The notes beneath the pieces were generated by a model. The model searched no databases. It had not been told where the DNA came from and saw nothing but the letters and a program-made list of their open reading frames with translations. A stretch of DNA of 64,000 bases from NCBI GenBank assembly GCA_020137815.1, contig CM035352.1:2790001-2854000 (forward strand), in the 5' to 3' direction. The DNA is from Hormiphora californensis (lineage: Eukaryota > Animalia > Ctenophora). The position numbers were made by a program, and so were the translations under genes. Below, piece by piece: positions 1-13,349 of this stretch. Within the stretch, counting starts at the first letter, position 1; each line of letters begins with the position of its first letter.

Positions 1-114
1 ATTATGCCGCATGAGAGAAGTCATAATAAGTTACATCATAGCCAAAAATGTATTTCTGTCGGCCTCGTTTAATTTTCTTGGTTTCTTCTTTAACAGTCCA
101 TATGTTCCATCCAG

Positions 115-270
115 TAAAGTCCATTTTTATTCAACTGTTCACCCCTCAACTCGTGCGCGTGCGATATTTTAATTTACGCTGCGCGCGCTACACGTTAACA
201 TGTGATAAACGCGCAAAACAATTCCGCGCACGACTTTGGGGGGTGAACAGTTGAAAAAAAATGGACTTTA
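115..270. mobile_element. Short MITE-like inverted-repeat element
   Basis: TAAAGTCCATTTTT.TTCAACTGTTCACCCC at the left is the reverse complement of GGGGTGAACAGTTGAAAAAAAATGGACTTTA at the right. Arms are about 45 bp. Confidence 0.6.
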
Positions 271-460
271 TCCACAAAATGGCAAAATGTGTAATATCAA
301 ATATCATTGACGTTTGCTTTCCTTTTCTCAAGACAGCAGAATTCGATCTGTGCGTAACGCGCGGGGTGTCATTGGTAGGGGTAGTGGCGCGCAAGTCGGA
401 AAACCATCTCCCGGAGTCCCCCATCTTACCGGTACCTGTTGTTCTGGTTTATATATTTAG

Positions 461-1861
461 CCATGGTGCTATCTCATTAGGGAGTGGGTGTAGACACACC
501 TCTGTCCAGCTGCGAGAGAAGGTTCCTACTTGTAAGTTCCTAGGAATTTATAACCTTACACGTCGCACCAAGAAAATAGTAGGTATGTGTTTGCCTGAGC
601 ACATAAGCTATAAGCATATCTCAATCCTCCACATATTTTAAACCCCCTTTATTTCAGCGTCACTCTGGTGTTCCTGATGTCAGATAAACCCGCTGCCTTC
701 ATTGTGCCTCCCATTTCAAAAGGAGCTGGGGCCGAGGAGCTGCGGACACATGTTGACTCCCTAACTAGCCAACTAATCAAGAGACTTGAAAGAGTGGTGG
801 TCTACTTCATGTGCATCAACTTTATTGGCCTTTACCTACCCTTTCTATTTGATAAACCTACTACTATTGCCAAGAGTAGCAGTTGTGTTGGAACACAGAG
901 AATAGCTGCTATTATCCACCTTGCTGTTTTACTAATATCCCAGGTAAAACATGCATGTTATTAGTCGCCTGACACTGTGTTCGTGCTCCCTCTAACATAG
1001 AAAGAAAGTATGAGCAATTCAAATTATTCGGGGTCGAACGTAGCAAATTCTTGAGCCTTGAGTCAACCCCTTGACACCCCCTCTCATCCCCGGCCCTTGT
1101 ATTGAGTAGCTTCCTCCTCTCCTTTCACCCTTCCTCCATCAGGTATTCACTGTTGATCTAGTTATGGGGCTACACGAGGCATCCCTCAGTATTGGAAGGT
1201 GGCAGACTGCAGTAGTCTCAACTGGCAGTAACTCTAACATACCCGAGTAAGTTACTTGTTTTACCCCTTCAAACATATGATGCCAGATGTCCTCCTACGA
1301 CTCCTACGTCTCACTACTGACTTCATTCATGTTCATACATAGTATGACAACCTATAAAGACCTAATTCCCCTCCTAATTAGTAATCCCCCTCCTAATCCC
1401 CAGGTGGAAGGAAGGAACACAATACGAGGAGGGAAGTGTTGTGCGACACAGGGACACAACCTACCTAGCCAGTTCACCAAGTCTCACATCTGCCCACCCC
1501 GAAAGCAACAGTCAAGTCGTGATCTATAGTTTTTTCTGCAAACCGTTCCGTGTACTGAAAATACTGACACTCATTGAAGGTACACATAATGGAGTAATAA
1601 GATATTTCCCATATCCTTGCTTGACGACATAGCTGTTTGATGACTGGGCCCAGTCCACCTCTCTACAAATTCAACTTCTTCTAACCCCAAAACTATCTTT
1701 CAGCTGTAGTAGTGGTGGTACTATTCTACCAGTGTTTATCTCTACACTATTACCAGCAATTCCTGCCCACTGCCTTCATCATATTCCTACACCTTGATAC
1801 CATCTTCTCTCTAGCCCGAACTGCCAAATTGATTTACACCGAGAAGTCCAAAAACAATTAG
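461..1861 (+). CDS. TMEM39: TMEM39-family membrane protein, 3' exons (5' end unresolved or outside the window)
   Basis: Spliced exons at ~658-943, ~1143-1246, ~1404-1579 and ~1704-1861 give ...LHEASLSIGRW... and ...WKEGTQYEEGSVVRHRDTTYLASSPSLTSAHPESNSQVVIYSFFCKPFRVLKILTLIE.... From memory this matches the TMEM39 C-terminal motifs (HxSAAHLGKW; GVLVRH...FYFLFHRPLRLLNLLILIEG). Stop TAG at 1859-1861. Confidence 0.7.
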
Positions 1862-2372
1862 GCTCTTCTGTCTGTGGTATCGACAAGGGACATTGCTACC
1901 ATTTTTATCATTATCAATATGTGTTATTTGCTCTTGGGGTTCATTTGTTTCATAATATTGCGATATTTATTAATAGTGTTTTAAAGTAAGTTCTCATGTT
2001 TTAATTTGAGTACAGTCTGGCTTCAAGGCAGGTCATGAAATGGTAGGGCTGAGCTGAAAATAACGCTAAATTTTATGTACGTGTGCGCGTTTATTCTTTG
2101 CGCGTTGTATCAGCCGCGCGGCAAAATTGTGGAAAACATGAATTCAAAAATTTTAAAACTTTCTATTCATTTTTCAAACTTTTCACTTTTTAAACTTTCA
2201 TTTTCACTCTGTTGTTTGGAATGCGCTGCAGCCCCCTCATGCGCGCACCCCCGCAAGGGGCCTGCAACGTATGCCAACTCTGTTGTCGACTTTTAGCTAT
2301 GTTTATCCATTTGTAGACCAATGAAGGCTATCATTATTCACAGCTTACACATAGCTTTCTTTTAGCTGTAGA

Positions 2373-5300
2373 ATGTCGGCGGGTCCACGTCGGAAGCAGC
2401 AGGCTAAGGTCGAGCCAGAGCAGCTGATTCGCCTGGAGGGAAGCTCATCCTCCTCGAAACGGTCCCATGATGGTTAGTAGTGAGCGTTGTTGGTTTGCAA
2501 TTATATTTTAAGATATTCATGATATTTTCCCTATTCAGAATCGTCCTTGAAAGATTTCAACAAAAGACAAAAGGGCATTGGAGACGAGATAATGACGGGT
2601 AAAAACCATGTCAACCCAAAACTGATTCTTCATCTTGCTAAGAGCACTAAAGAGGAGGGAATGACAAAAGCGAAAATGAATGCAATAATTTGTCAGGCAT
2701 TAAGACAGTTGAAATCAGATAAAACCGGGTCAGAGAAAGCATGGTTTATGAGTCTTGTAACACTAGCTAAAACGAAGAGCGACCTGTTCACATCTGATAA
2801 AATAACAGAGGTTCTTACTGGATACTTGGAGAGGGACCCTGTCCTTCACAAGAGCCGCAACGCATCTCTACTCCCTGTCCTTTCCTGGTCTCTCCTCATG
2901 ACCGCCTACAAGAAATACGAAAACTGGCCCGAACTATTTGTGAAGCTGTATGTTTGTGATGCCATATCAGATAGAGTCTGGTGCGAGAATCCCATGTGTA
3001 AACCTACCTGTACAGATATTGCCAGGGTGTTTGGGACTCTGAAACCCTCCTCAATCACACCCTCTGGAGCCATGCTGGGCAAGATGAAGAGCGACAATGA
3101 TCCCATGGGTAAGTGGATATCACACACTAGGCATTAATAGTTTACTAGCTGTTTCTAGCACACAAACACTAGTAATCAATAGTTTACTAGCTGTTTTCTA
3201 AACTGATTGTATTTCAGGGTCTGGTAGTGTACCAAGCGAGGAATCTTCGGACAGCAGCGACTCACTTCAAGGATGCTCTAGGTTAGTTCTCATACAGTCT
3301 GATATTGTATTATGTTATATTGTGTTATGTTATGTTCTACCGAGAGAGAGACATAGTATTTTGTCAAACAATGTAATGTGTTTTTAGATCTTTGGTATAT
3401 GATATAGTTTCTTACAATTGCTTTCTTCTGCAGGTACAAAAACAGTGCAGTGTTGGAGTCGATTGAAGAGTATGTGGTTGAAACGGTCACCGAGTACTTC
3501 AACAACAAGAAATCAGTAGATAACATGACACGGAACTTTGTCAAGTTCCTGTGTTCCACATGCGGCTATCAGGAGCTGAGAAAACTTGCCGTCTCCAAAC
3601 TAGATTCCTTCCTAAACAGCACAAAACTAGCCCGTCCTGCTCAGGATCTTCTCTCATACATCGCGTGTAATGCTAAAACTGGTTCTCCTGATGATATTGA
3701 GGTGGTTCAGAAGCTAGCGACCCTGCCAATCAAATCTAAACCCATCGCTAACTTCTACACCAGCTGTATGAAGGAGGTCGTCAGTGCGAACAGTGCCAAC
3801 CTAGAACATGTGATCAGGGCGATTATCAGGAACGAGTTGAGTACCAATCGGAATCCACCTAACATGCAGGTTTTAGTTGCCCTTTTCTCGGTCGAACCTG
3901 ACAAGTCTGCCGTGGTCTTGGCACACGCTTTCCAGGAATTACTAGTTCAGCCTGAGGACAACCTGAGGAATCTGAGACTGTTACTCAGAGAGATCTCACG
4001 GTGTATGCAATTCGAGTTAAAGTTCTCCCAGTTCGCTCTGGCCCTAATGCAGGAGATCACCCTCCCCGCATTTAAAGCTGGGGACCAGCGACTCCAAGAG
4101 CGTGTCTTCCTCTCTCTAGTCAGCCTTGTGTGTCTCACCATCATGCTAAGTTGTAAACCCTCCATCCGAGAAATAGCCATGTCCTCTACTAAGACTGATG
4201 TCCTACCTCTGATCAGGTTCCAAAGTGAGGTGGCTGATATGCAGAAGAATGCAGGTATGGTGGCTTGCACAAGATAGTTCCTGCACAGTACAGGGTTACT
4301 GGTAAACAGTACTGCAGTGCACTTACGTCAGGTCCTGTTTATGGAGGATCCAGCGGTGTACTCCACCAAGGACAATTGGCCCAGTGAGAGTGATAGAGAT
4401 ATGGTAGTGTCGCTGTGTGGAGAGGTGCCCACTGTTGGAGAATACTCTAATGAGGTTGGGTGTTATTGGCTCTCTAAACACCCTGCCCCTCCGACCTCAG
4501 GATGTCCTAGCGGTTATTAATCATGTTGTGAAGAGGGCTGCCGGCCTAGATTCAGATACATGACGTTACCCACACCCCTCCAAATAACAGGGCAGACCTA
4601 TCAACAGCCTCGATGTGATACAGATGTTACTCCGGCTCGCAGAGTACAAGAACACAAGTGCTAAATTCCCCGATGACTACACACCTCCCCACCTTGGTTA
4701 TCTCGTCCCATTACTGGAGATCCTGGCAGATCCTGCTTGGTACTAGCTGCGTTCAACCCCACCACGGTGGGTGCACTAGCCTGGGAGAAGCACCCTACAC
4801 TGAGAGGGCCTGATGGAGATGGTTAATAACTAACAACTACCAGTTCCCTCCCAACTCCTTCAACTATCAGGAGACTTTGTTAGCTGAGAAGCAGCTGATA
4901 ACCGCCGAGGAGAGTGACATTCCTGGTATTTGAGGGTCACCTAGCAGCTAGTAGGGGTGTCAAGATCAGTAAAATGAACAGTCAGTTACTGAAACCAGCT
5001 CATGGTGGTGAGAGAGAATAATGAGGGTAGTCCTATGAGGCGCCCTCCGCAAGCAGTCCTGGAGCAGATCAGACTCCTAGCGATGGAGCTACATCTTAGT
5101 CACAGGACTTGTGTAAAAGCAGGGAACCTGACTTCTTGTTGGATATTATCAAACAAGCAGGGAACCAGTCAGTCAATGTCATGGCTGTCTGAGTTGGTGA
5201 AATCTTCCGAGAACTCTTTCGAACTCCTCCCTGCTCCCTGTCTGTGCGAGTTCCTCCTACAAGACATTCAGAACACCAAGCGACCTGTACTTGCTGAAGC

Positions 5301-8300
5301 GACTTCAGTCCATAATCCTGGGAAGTAGTGACCCCTGCCCAGACATCTAGAGATAGTATCTTACTTCACCAGCAAACTATCAGCTAGTTACACAGTCCGG
5401 TACCGGGCTATAAAGGGGCTCAAGACCATCTTCAACAGGCGGCTGGATGACTCTAATGAGGGGATGGCTGCTGGGAGATCTGGTAAACATCCCCCAACAC
5501 AACCACGTAAAGGACACTGTTTGTGAAGAACTGGTTAAAGCCCTCTCAGTAGAAGCACGATGGAGCCCTCCTGGAGTCGTATCTAGTGTACATCTGCAAA
5601 CACTCACCCAAGGGTGCTCGTAGGGCTGCTGCACTGAGTATAGCTAGCGTGTTTGCCGCTCGAAGTCATGTTATGTATGGGGTGGTGGGAAAAACAGTGC
5701 TGCCCTGTTTGTCAGATTTGTTCCTGGAGTACATCAATGGGAGTAGTGGAAAGAAGAGAGGAGGAGGGGGAGGAGGGATGATACCTCTAAAGAATGGGGA
5801 ACACAGTGTAGAGACGGTGATTTTACAGGCTATTCTAGTCCTTATGACATGCCAGGGAAGGGGACACTTTGATAGATCATCCTTCAAATCCCTCCTGCTA
5901 CCTAAACCTGATTTCCTGGCACCACACGCGGGGAACATTTGCACCCCCTTCCTTATACCTCGTCTCCTGGACTCCAATATTCCAGCCCTCCAATCCCTTG
6001 CTATCACCACCCTGAGTGATGACGACATGGTCGAGCTACTCCAAAGTTTCTCCATCACAGAAGCTGCAGCCACATACCTTCTCAAACAGCTCAACAAAGA
6101 CAATAAATTCAGGAGCCGTGTGGAGGCTGATGAGGAATTACTGGTCCATATCCAGGCTTGGAACATCTCCGGAATACCGGGCCTTGAAAACCTCAAGGAG
6201 GTTAAAAGTGAGCCGATCGATAATGACTTTGCGAAGGAGGAGATGATGGAGGTGACTCCAGTTGATAACCGAGATTGGACGGACTACGTCAGGGAGATAT
6301 TTGAGGAGGATTCTGTTTCCAGTCAGAACTACCTGATGATGTGCTGTCTACAAAACAGGAATGTCGAGGAGATATGCCTGACTCTGTTTGTGTGGGCCCA
6401 AGATCGAGAGATCCCCCGGAAGCACCATCCGTTTCTTGGGATTGCTATGCCTATACTTGCTGAGAAGTGCAGGAATAAAGACATTCTGGTGAAGCTACAA
6501 ACTGCTCTGAAGGAGAAAGTGTGGGGGTTTGCTGGAACCCAAGAAATCTGTTGATGGTAGTGGCCTCCTTGATCTTTGGTGTTCGGATCCCTCTAGCGAA
6601 GATTTCAACTCTGTTTTGTCCGCTTTAGAGCTGTTGGACTTGTCACGAGATGCTGTAAAGGCAGGGGGCACATGGAGGAGGGCGAATCAAAACTGCCATC
6701 AGGAATAACGGTCAACATGGGATTGAGCTAGAGAAGTTGATAAACCTGATAGTTAAACAGATGATGGGATCTCCCAATAGTGCGGGCCTCTTCATGGACT
6801 GGCTGCATGTCCTATCTCCCGATCTGAATTGTGTGAAACTCTTCCTCGAGGCGGGGGATACAGTTCCAGTTTCACTCCAGCGTTACATCCTAACAATGGT
6901 GTGTAGTAGTAGTGGATGGGACACAATTCACCGGTGCATCACCCACTTCCTCTCCACCCCCTCCACATTCGACTCCTCCCTCATCCTGGACTTTCTCCAG
7001 GGGTGCTGCAACAATGAGAGGATTTGGCAGGGGGCCAACAGTCAGAGGGGCACCCACAAGGGTCAGCTGAAACTCACCTTCCCCCAGCTATGGAGACTGT
7101 GTGAGTTGGTGTTAGATGAGACACTGACATGTGAGGGGAACGGCCACAAGCAGATGATACTTCTGTCCTGGAGGTTACCCCTCATCAACTCACCCCTACA
7201 CAAAGACCACCTGCCGGACCTGATAAACCGACTACAGAGGAACACCCACCGGTGCAGTAAACTCCTTATCCTGTCTCTCTATCTGGCTGAACCATCCTCC
7301 TTCACTAACTCCAGTACTTCAGCTATGTTGTTAGATAGTGCCCTGACCCTCACAGACACAGCCACCTCTTGTGATGCCCTATTCCATCAGCTGATAAACA
7401 ATGTAGTTGATAACAAGAAGAATTCAGCTAGTGGGTACATACTGTTGAAGAGGGCTGCTGCTAGGAACTCACCGCTTGTTCTCAGACACTTGGAGCTGTT
7501 AACATCAGCCCTTGGTAACCCTACCTCAGCTACTAAAAACGAGTTTATCCACTCCAATCATGGATCTGTGTTTATCAGCGTGATTGGGATCCTAGAGGCA
7601 TTGGGGTTGTCCCTCTTCAAAGTTGTAGACACGGCCATGCCCCTGCTCCGTGAGTGTCTAGACTTCATTGTCGTTCATGCCAAGCATCAGATCAGGTTAT
7701 ACAGCTCAACAGTGGTGACGTTCTCTCAGATCCTCCTGCTATTCCTTGATTGTGACAGAGGTAACGCTACCAAGCTCCTTACTAGTGATTATGTAGAGAG
7801 GTTGGAGAGGGTTGATAACATGATGCGTCCACGGGATCCAGTTGTTGGACAGCTGATTGAGTGTCTCAAGAACGATAGTACTGCCAAGGTTTCTACTTTT
7901 GATGAGTCCCAAATGTTGCCATACCTTGCAAAGCTGTCCCTTGAAAGCCCTGAAAATCTGAACATTCTCCAAGACTTGGACGCAGGTAGTATGAGGAAAC
8001 CTAGTGTGCTGAAGATGTTCCTTGATGAGATCTGTAGAAGGATGGAGAGTGATCATATCGAGTATAGGACCTTGGCTCACAAACTAGCGATTAGGCACGT
8101 GCGACACAGACCCGGGGACAGTGGGGTGGTTGTTGGGTATGTGGTGGATGCACTTCAGAGTCAGTATCAGGATGTGATACGGTCTGCTGTGGTGGAGATG
8201 CCAGAACTGGTGCTGTTGGCAACAGGGGCTGAGGGGGTTAGGTTGATGAAGATGGCGTACAAGGCAGTGTGTGCTAGTAGAGTGGATGTAGTACCTGAGT

Positions 8301-8347
8301 TTATGACTATTATCAAAACTGTCATAACTTCTTCAGATTTGTTTTAG
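2373..8347 (+). CDS. INTS1: Integrator complex subunit 1 (multi-exon; several apparent frameshifts between ~4250 and ~6700)
   Basis: ATG 2373; exon 1 ends at 2472, exon 2 starts at 2539. Motifs WPELFVKLYVCDAISDRVW, KLARPAQDLL, IIRNELSTNRNPPNMQ, VLFMEDPAVYSTKDNWPSESDR, QGTSQSMSWLSELV and PLVLRHLELL are INTS1-like. Stop at 8347. Confidence 0.88.
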
Positions 8348-8489
8348 AAACTGAGTTTTTGTTTTGATTTAAAATTATACAATGCGAATCACTTTATATT
8401 CTGACACAAGATAACTTCAAGTTATTGATATGATTTCTTCCCCATTATTACATGCTCAATTTAACATCTCTCTCGTTATTTAGCTAGTG

Positions 8490-11400
8490 ATGAGTAGTTG
8501 CGGAGCGACGGTAGTGAAGTGCCCTGATCCAAAGTTAGCTGCACTAAACAGGATCATTGTCAGCATTCAGCAACCAGGTACCCAACAACTCTTCTGAATC
8601 ACTAAAGTACTTGACCAGTGACCACCATGTTATATCTCTTTAGTCTTCAGAATTACTTCAGCTTCAGTTATATCTCTTTAGTCTTCAGAATTACTTCAGC
8701 TTCAGTTATATCTCTTTAGTCTTCAGAATTACTTCAGCTTCACTATTTCATGTGTTCAGGATTCAATGAGAAGAGTATTATTAGTATCACAAAGAGGAAT
8801 GGGCAGACGTCACTTCATGGGGTAATAATGAATGCCAAGATAGCTCCTAACACTATTGGGCTGACTGGAGCTGATAGGACGTGGCTGGCAGTACCCTTAG
8901 ACGAAAAGGTACTGTGTATAACTTGGAGTTCGAGTCTTGTTTCAATATGAACTGAATCATTAATTCATATTATTTTGAGTTTCAAATAAAACCTGATCTT
9001 TCTAACCCATACAACCCTCATTCTAGGTGACAATAGCACCTGTCAGTCCCCAAGGTTTGGCCATGGCCTGTATGGTAACATTTTCCATTGAGTTTTATCA
9101 AAAGGCCAAAGCGACTAAGAACGCTCTTGATACAGATCTATTGGGGAGAGAGTTTACTATGAAACATCCTGATCAACCAGTTCAAATTGGGCAAAAGGTT
9201 TGTTGGAATGCAGAAATTCTCACGGAAAAACACTAACTCGACCCCCACTTACTTTCTGGACCCCCTCCCCCACTGGAACATATTTAGTAGTCACTAACTG
9301 TAACCAATTGATTGCTTCCTTCCAGATGGTGTTATCGGTACCTGATACTCCTACTCTAATGCTGACTGTACTCAAGATAAGCACAACCAACTATGACATG
9401 TCTAAAGTTGATGAAAAGGCGAAACTTGGCCTGCTCTACAGTAACTCTGAGGTACTGAAACACAATTGAAAGTGCTTAAAACTCATTCGGTTTCTCTCCA
9501 ATTAACCAGTCCAAGATTAGATATGAGAAATCCAAACATTCCACACCAGATTCGGTTCGAGGCGGACAAAGAGTCAGGAGCCTTGTTGAAGGGAGGGGCA
9601 GTGGGTATGACGGCAGGTCCTACCATTATCAACCCAACATGGAACTTTGAAGAAATGGGAATTGGTGGATTGAACACCGAGTTTAGTGCTATCTTCAGAC
9701 GAGCCTTTGCATCCCGGCTGTTCCCGTCCAACATCATTGCTGATCTAGGAATCAAACACGCTAAAGGTTAGTGCAGCACATCAACCCGTCTGTCATAAGT
9801 TGCCTGACACTATGTCAGCACTACGCATTATGAATAATTCAATCTCATAGCTACGTATTGCAGTGGTAACAAGTTTTAAAGTGAGAGAGAACAGCCCCGA
9901 TTTTGATGAAACTTGGTCAGAATAGTGTTTGGTGTCTAATTAGAAGTCAAAAAAATTTTTAGTGCTCAAATCCTAAATTTACGATTTTTAGGTTTTTTAG
10001 GTTTTTCGGCTTTTATGGGTTTCAGGAACGTTCTAGAACAAAATGAATAAAACCATCTTTCTCGGCGTTAAATTCTGCATCGATTATAGTGGTTATAAAC
10101 CTTTCTATGACGTAAGGTTCAGAAGTTATCGCGAAAAAGCCCAAACGGGTACATGTGTTAGGGGCGGGTTCATGTTTTAGGCTAACCGGCGAACCTCTTG
10201 TCAGAACACCATGTTATAGGGTGTCAATCGACGCGTATTGATAAGGAGATCATTTTAGTGAAAATTATTTTGATCTGCGATGTCTGTGTAACGAATGAAA
10301 CCTAAAAAACCTTACTGAATGAAGCATACCCGTTTGGTTAAAACATGTGGTAAGGTTTTTTAGGTTTCATTCGTTACACAGACATTGCAGATCAAAATAA
10401 TTATCACTAAAATGATTTCCTTATCAATACGCGTCGATTGACACCCTATAACATGGTGTTCTGACAAGAGGTTCGCCGGTTAGCCTAAAACATGAACCCG
10501 CCCCTAACACATGTACCCGTTTGGGCTTTTTCGCGATAACTTCTGAACCTTACGTCATAGAAAGGTTTATAACCACTATAATCGATGCAGAATTTAACGC
10601 CGAGAAAGATGGTTTTATTCATTTTGTTCTAGAACGTTCCTGAAACCCATAAAAGCCGAAAAACCTAAAAAACCTAAAAATCCTAAATTTAGGATTTGAG
10701 CACTAAAAATTTTTTTGACTTCTAATTAGACACCAAACACTATTCTGACCAAGTTTCATCAAAATCGGGGCTGTTCTCTCTCACTTTAAGCAATGCCATG
10801 ATCATATCTCTCCTCTGACCAGCCCAATCTCTCTGACAGGTGTGTTGTTGTATGGACCCCCGGGAACTGGTAAAACTCTGATGGCCAGGCAAATTGCTAA
10901 GATGTTGAACACCCGTAAACCAAAGATTGTTCAGGTACTGCAGCAGGACACACGTATTGTTATTCAGGACAATCGTCTCTTTTTTGTGTCTTCTCCATGC
11001 TAACATATGTTTCTCTTTGAACGATGTATCCAGTGTGCTTCACCTCTTTCTCCCTCCCCCACTCCCCAGGGCCCAGAGATTCTCAATAAGATGGTGGGAG
11101 AGAGCGAGGCGAATGTTCGGGCTTTATTTGCTGAGGCTGAAGAGGAAGAGAGAAGGATGGGTCCCAACAGTGGTCTACACATCATTATAATGGACGAATT
11201 GGATGCAATCTGCAAACAGAGGGGCAGTACCAACTCAGGGACTGGGGTTCATGATACAGTTGTCAACCAGCTGCTGAGTAAGATTGATGGAGTGGAACAG
11301 CTCAATAACATTCTTATCATTGGCATGACTAACAGGTATTATAGGCAGCGGTTGTGATGTAATAGATAGTAGTAATTAGAGGCCATGTCTGAGTGTTGAC

Positions 11401-13081
11401 CAACAGTAGAACTAATTTTCTCATCCTAACAACACCTCTATATCTACCCCCTCTCATCGTGCCCCGCCACAACAGATCTGTCTCTTTTTTCATAAAAGAA
11501 GAGTTACCACCCCCCCCAGGAAGGATATGATAGACGATGCCCTGCTCCGACCAGGTCGTCTGGAGATCCACATGGAGATATCACTACCCAACGAAGAGGG
11601 TCGGGTTGAGATCCTGAACATTCACACTGCCACTATGAAGACTAGTAAGAGATTGGCTGAGGATGTCAGTATAACTGAGTTGGCTGAACACACCAAGAAC
11701 TTCAGTGGAGCTGATATTGAGGGTCTAGTGAGGGCGGCACAGAGCTACAGTCTGAATAGCTTTGTAGATCACAATAAGAAGGTAGGAAGGGGGATGGATT
11801 TTGGGTGGTGGGGGTAGCTGGTGTTTCGTTCTAAAGCCGACTAAATATCGAATATATAATGTGATGGTACGGGATGGTGTAAATGGGGAAGGGCGTTATC
11901 AGCGTGCTATTCAGATATTTACCACACAATATTCAATGATCTAGGTTGAGATAAAACCGGAAGCGTACAAGCAGCTACAAGTGAAAAGGGAACACTTTAT
12001 GAGGGCATTAGGAAAACGACATTCAACCCGCATTTGGTGCTGACATTCAGAATCTTAAGGATTACATTCTTTACGGGATCTTCTCTTGGTCACCATGTGA
12101 GTTGGGTTACCATGTCACCGGGTTACCATGGTTACCATTTGAGTTTACACAGGGTTACCACAGTACTAGTAGCGACATGTACCTCAACACTCCCTCCTCC
12201 CCTCCCCCAGTAATAACAAGGCTGTTAGATGATGGTGCACTATACTCCAAACAAACAGCTACAAGCGACAGGACAGCCCTTGTGTCCCTTCTCCTAAAGG
12301 GTCAGCGGTTCTCCGGGAAGACAGCGATGGCTGTCAAGATAGCCCTCAATGCGGGGTTCCCCTTCACCAAGATCATTACCCCCGGTAAACTGGTGGAGTT
12401 GGGTGATCTCGCTAAAATCAGATATATCTACAAGGTCTTCACGGATGCTTACAGGTACACATTTGGTTTGGTTTGGCGTTTTTTTGAAATATACCATCAC
12501 GTATATCCTGACCCCGTTCTCTCTCATACTCCCCAATGGGGAGTCCCCATACATCCTCGCCCCAGACCCCATACCCCTTTACCTCGCCCACTTCTGACCC
12601 CTCCTACTCCCCCAGATCAGAGATAAGTTGTGTGATACTAGATGACATTGAAGCGCTCTTTGAATACGTCCCACTTGGTACACGATTCAATATGTCCCTA
12701 GTACAAGTAATATCCACCCTCATCAAGGAGATGCCCCCACGAGACAAGAAACTAATGGTAATTGCCACAACGTCCCAACCAGAGCTCCTAAACCAGCTGG
12801 GTCTCGGGCAGCAGTTCACCCACACTCTTAGCGTACCAAATGCAACTACAGCGGGGGAGGTGGCTGAGATTATTGAGTGTCTAGGGGATCAACTTAGAGA
12901 GCCGGTGTTCGCGACAGAGGATCAGAGAGCCCAGATACAGGGTGCTGTGCAGGGTAGTGAGGGGGGTATGAGGGGTATTAATATTGGGGTAAAAAGGCTG
13001 ATCAACGTGTGTATGACAGCTAGACAAGCAGGTGACAATGCCGCGACACTGTTTAGTGAGTTGTTTAGTAGCAGTTGTTAG
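8490..13081 (+). CDS. NSF: Vesicle-fusing AAA+ ATPase NSF (~11 exons)
   Basis: N-terminus [20 protein letters not shown]; [25 protein letters not shown]; Walker A GPPGTGKT (~10853); [16 protein letters not shown]; [14 protein letters not shown]; [10 protein letters not shown]; D2 domain GQRFSGKT. One apparent 1-nt frameshift near 12011. Confidence 0.96.
8629..8742. repeat. 38-bp tandem repeat x3 in NSF intron 1
   Basis: GTTATATCTCTTTAGTCTTCAGAATTACTTCAGCTTCA repeated three times. Confidence 0.9.
9880..10785. mobile_element. Palindromic non-autonomous DNA transposon (TTAA target site, AG..CT termini, Kolobok-like) in an NSF intron
   Basis: TTAA|AGTGAGAGAGAACAGCCCCGA ... TCGGGGCTGTTCTCTCTCACT|TTAA. 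Near-perfect ~435-bp arms with a ~30-bp spacer near 10315-10348. Confidence 0.85.
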
Positions 13082-13349
13082 GGTGTGATTTTGTGCATGT
13101 TTTATGTTATATCTGTTACTGTAAAGATAAAGAGAACTAGGTTAAAGGGACTAAAGAAATGATAATTTATTAGGAATACTGAGGAAAGGACATTACGAAT
13201 TATATCTAGAAATACAGACAAGTGATACACACACTAACAAGACTCATGGACGCGATAATGGGGCTAATATTAATTGTCATATTATGGTACAGGTATCTTC
13301 TGGGTTTAGTAGGAAGTGTGTTTTAGTTGTGAAGTGTTCAAGTTGATGT

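Noticed and set aside
2373-8347. INTS1 as a pseudogene or programmed frameshifting case
   Set aside because: Similar indels occur in many unrelated genes in the window and long ORF blocks remain conserved, so sequencing error is more parsimonious.
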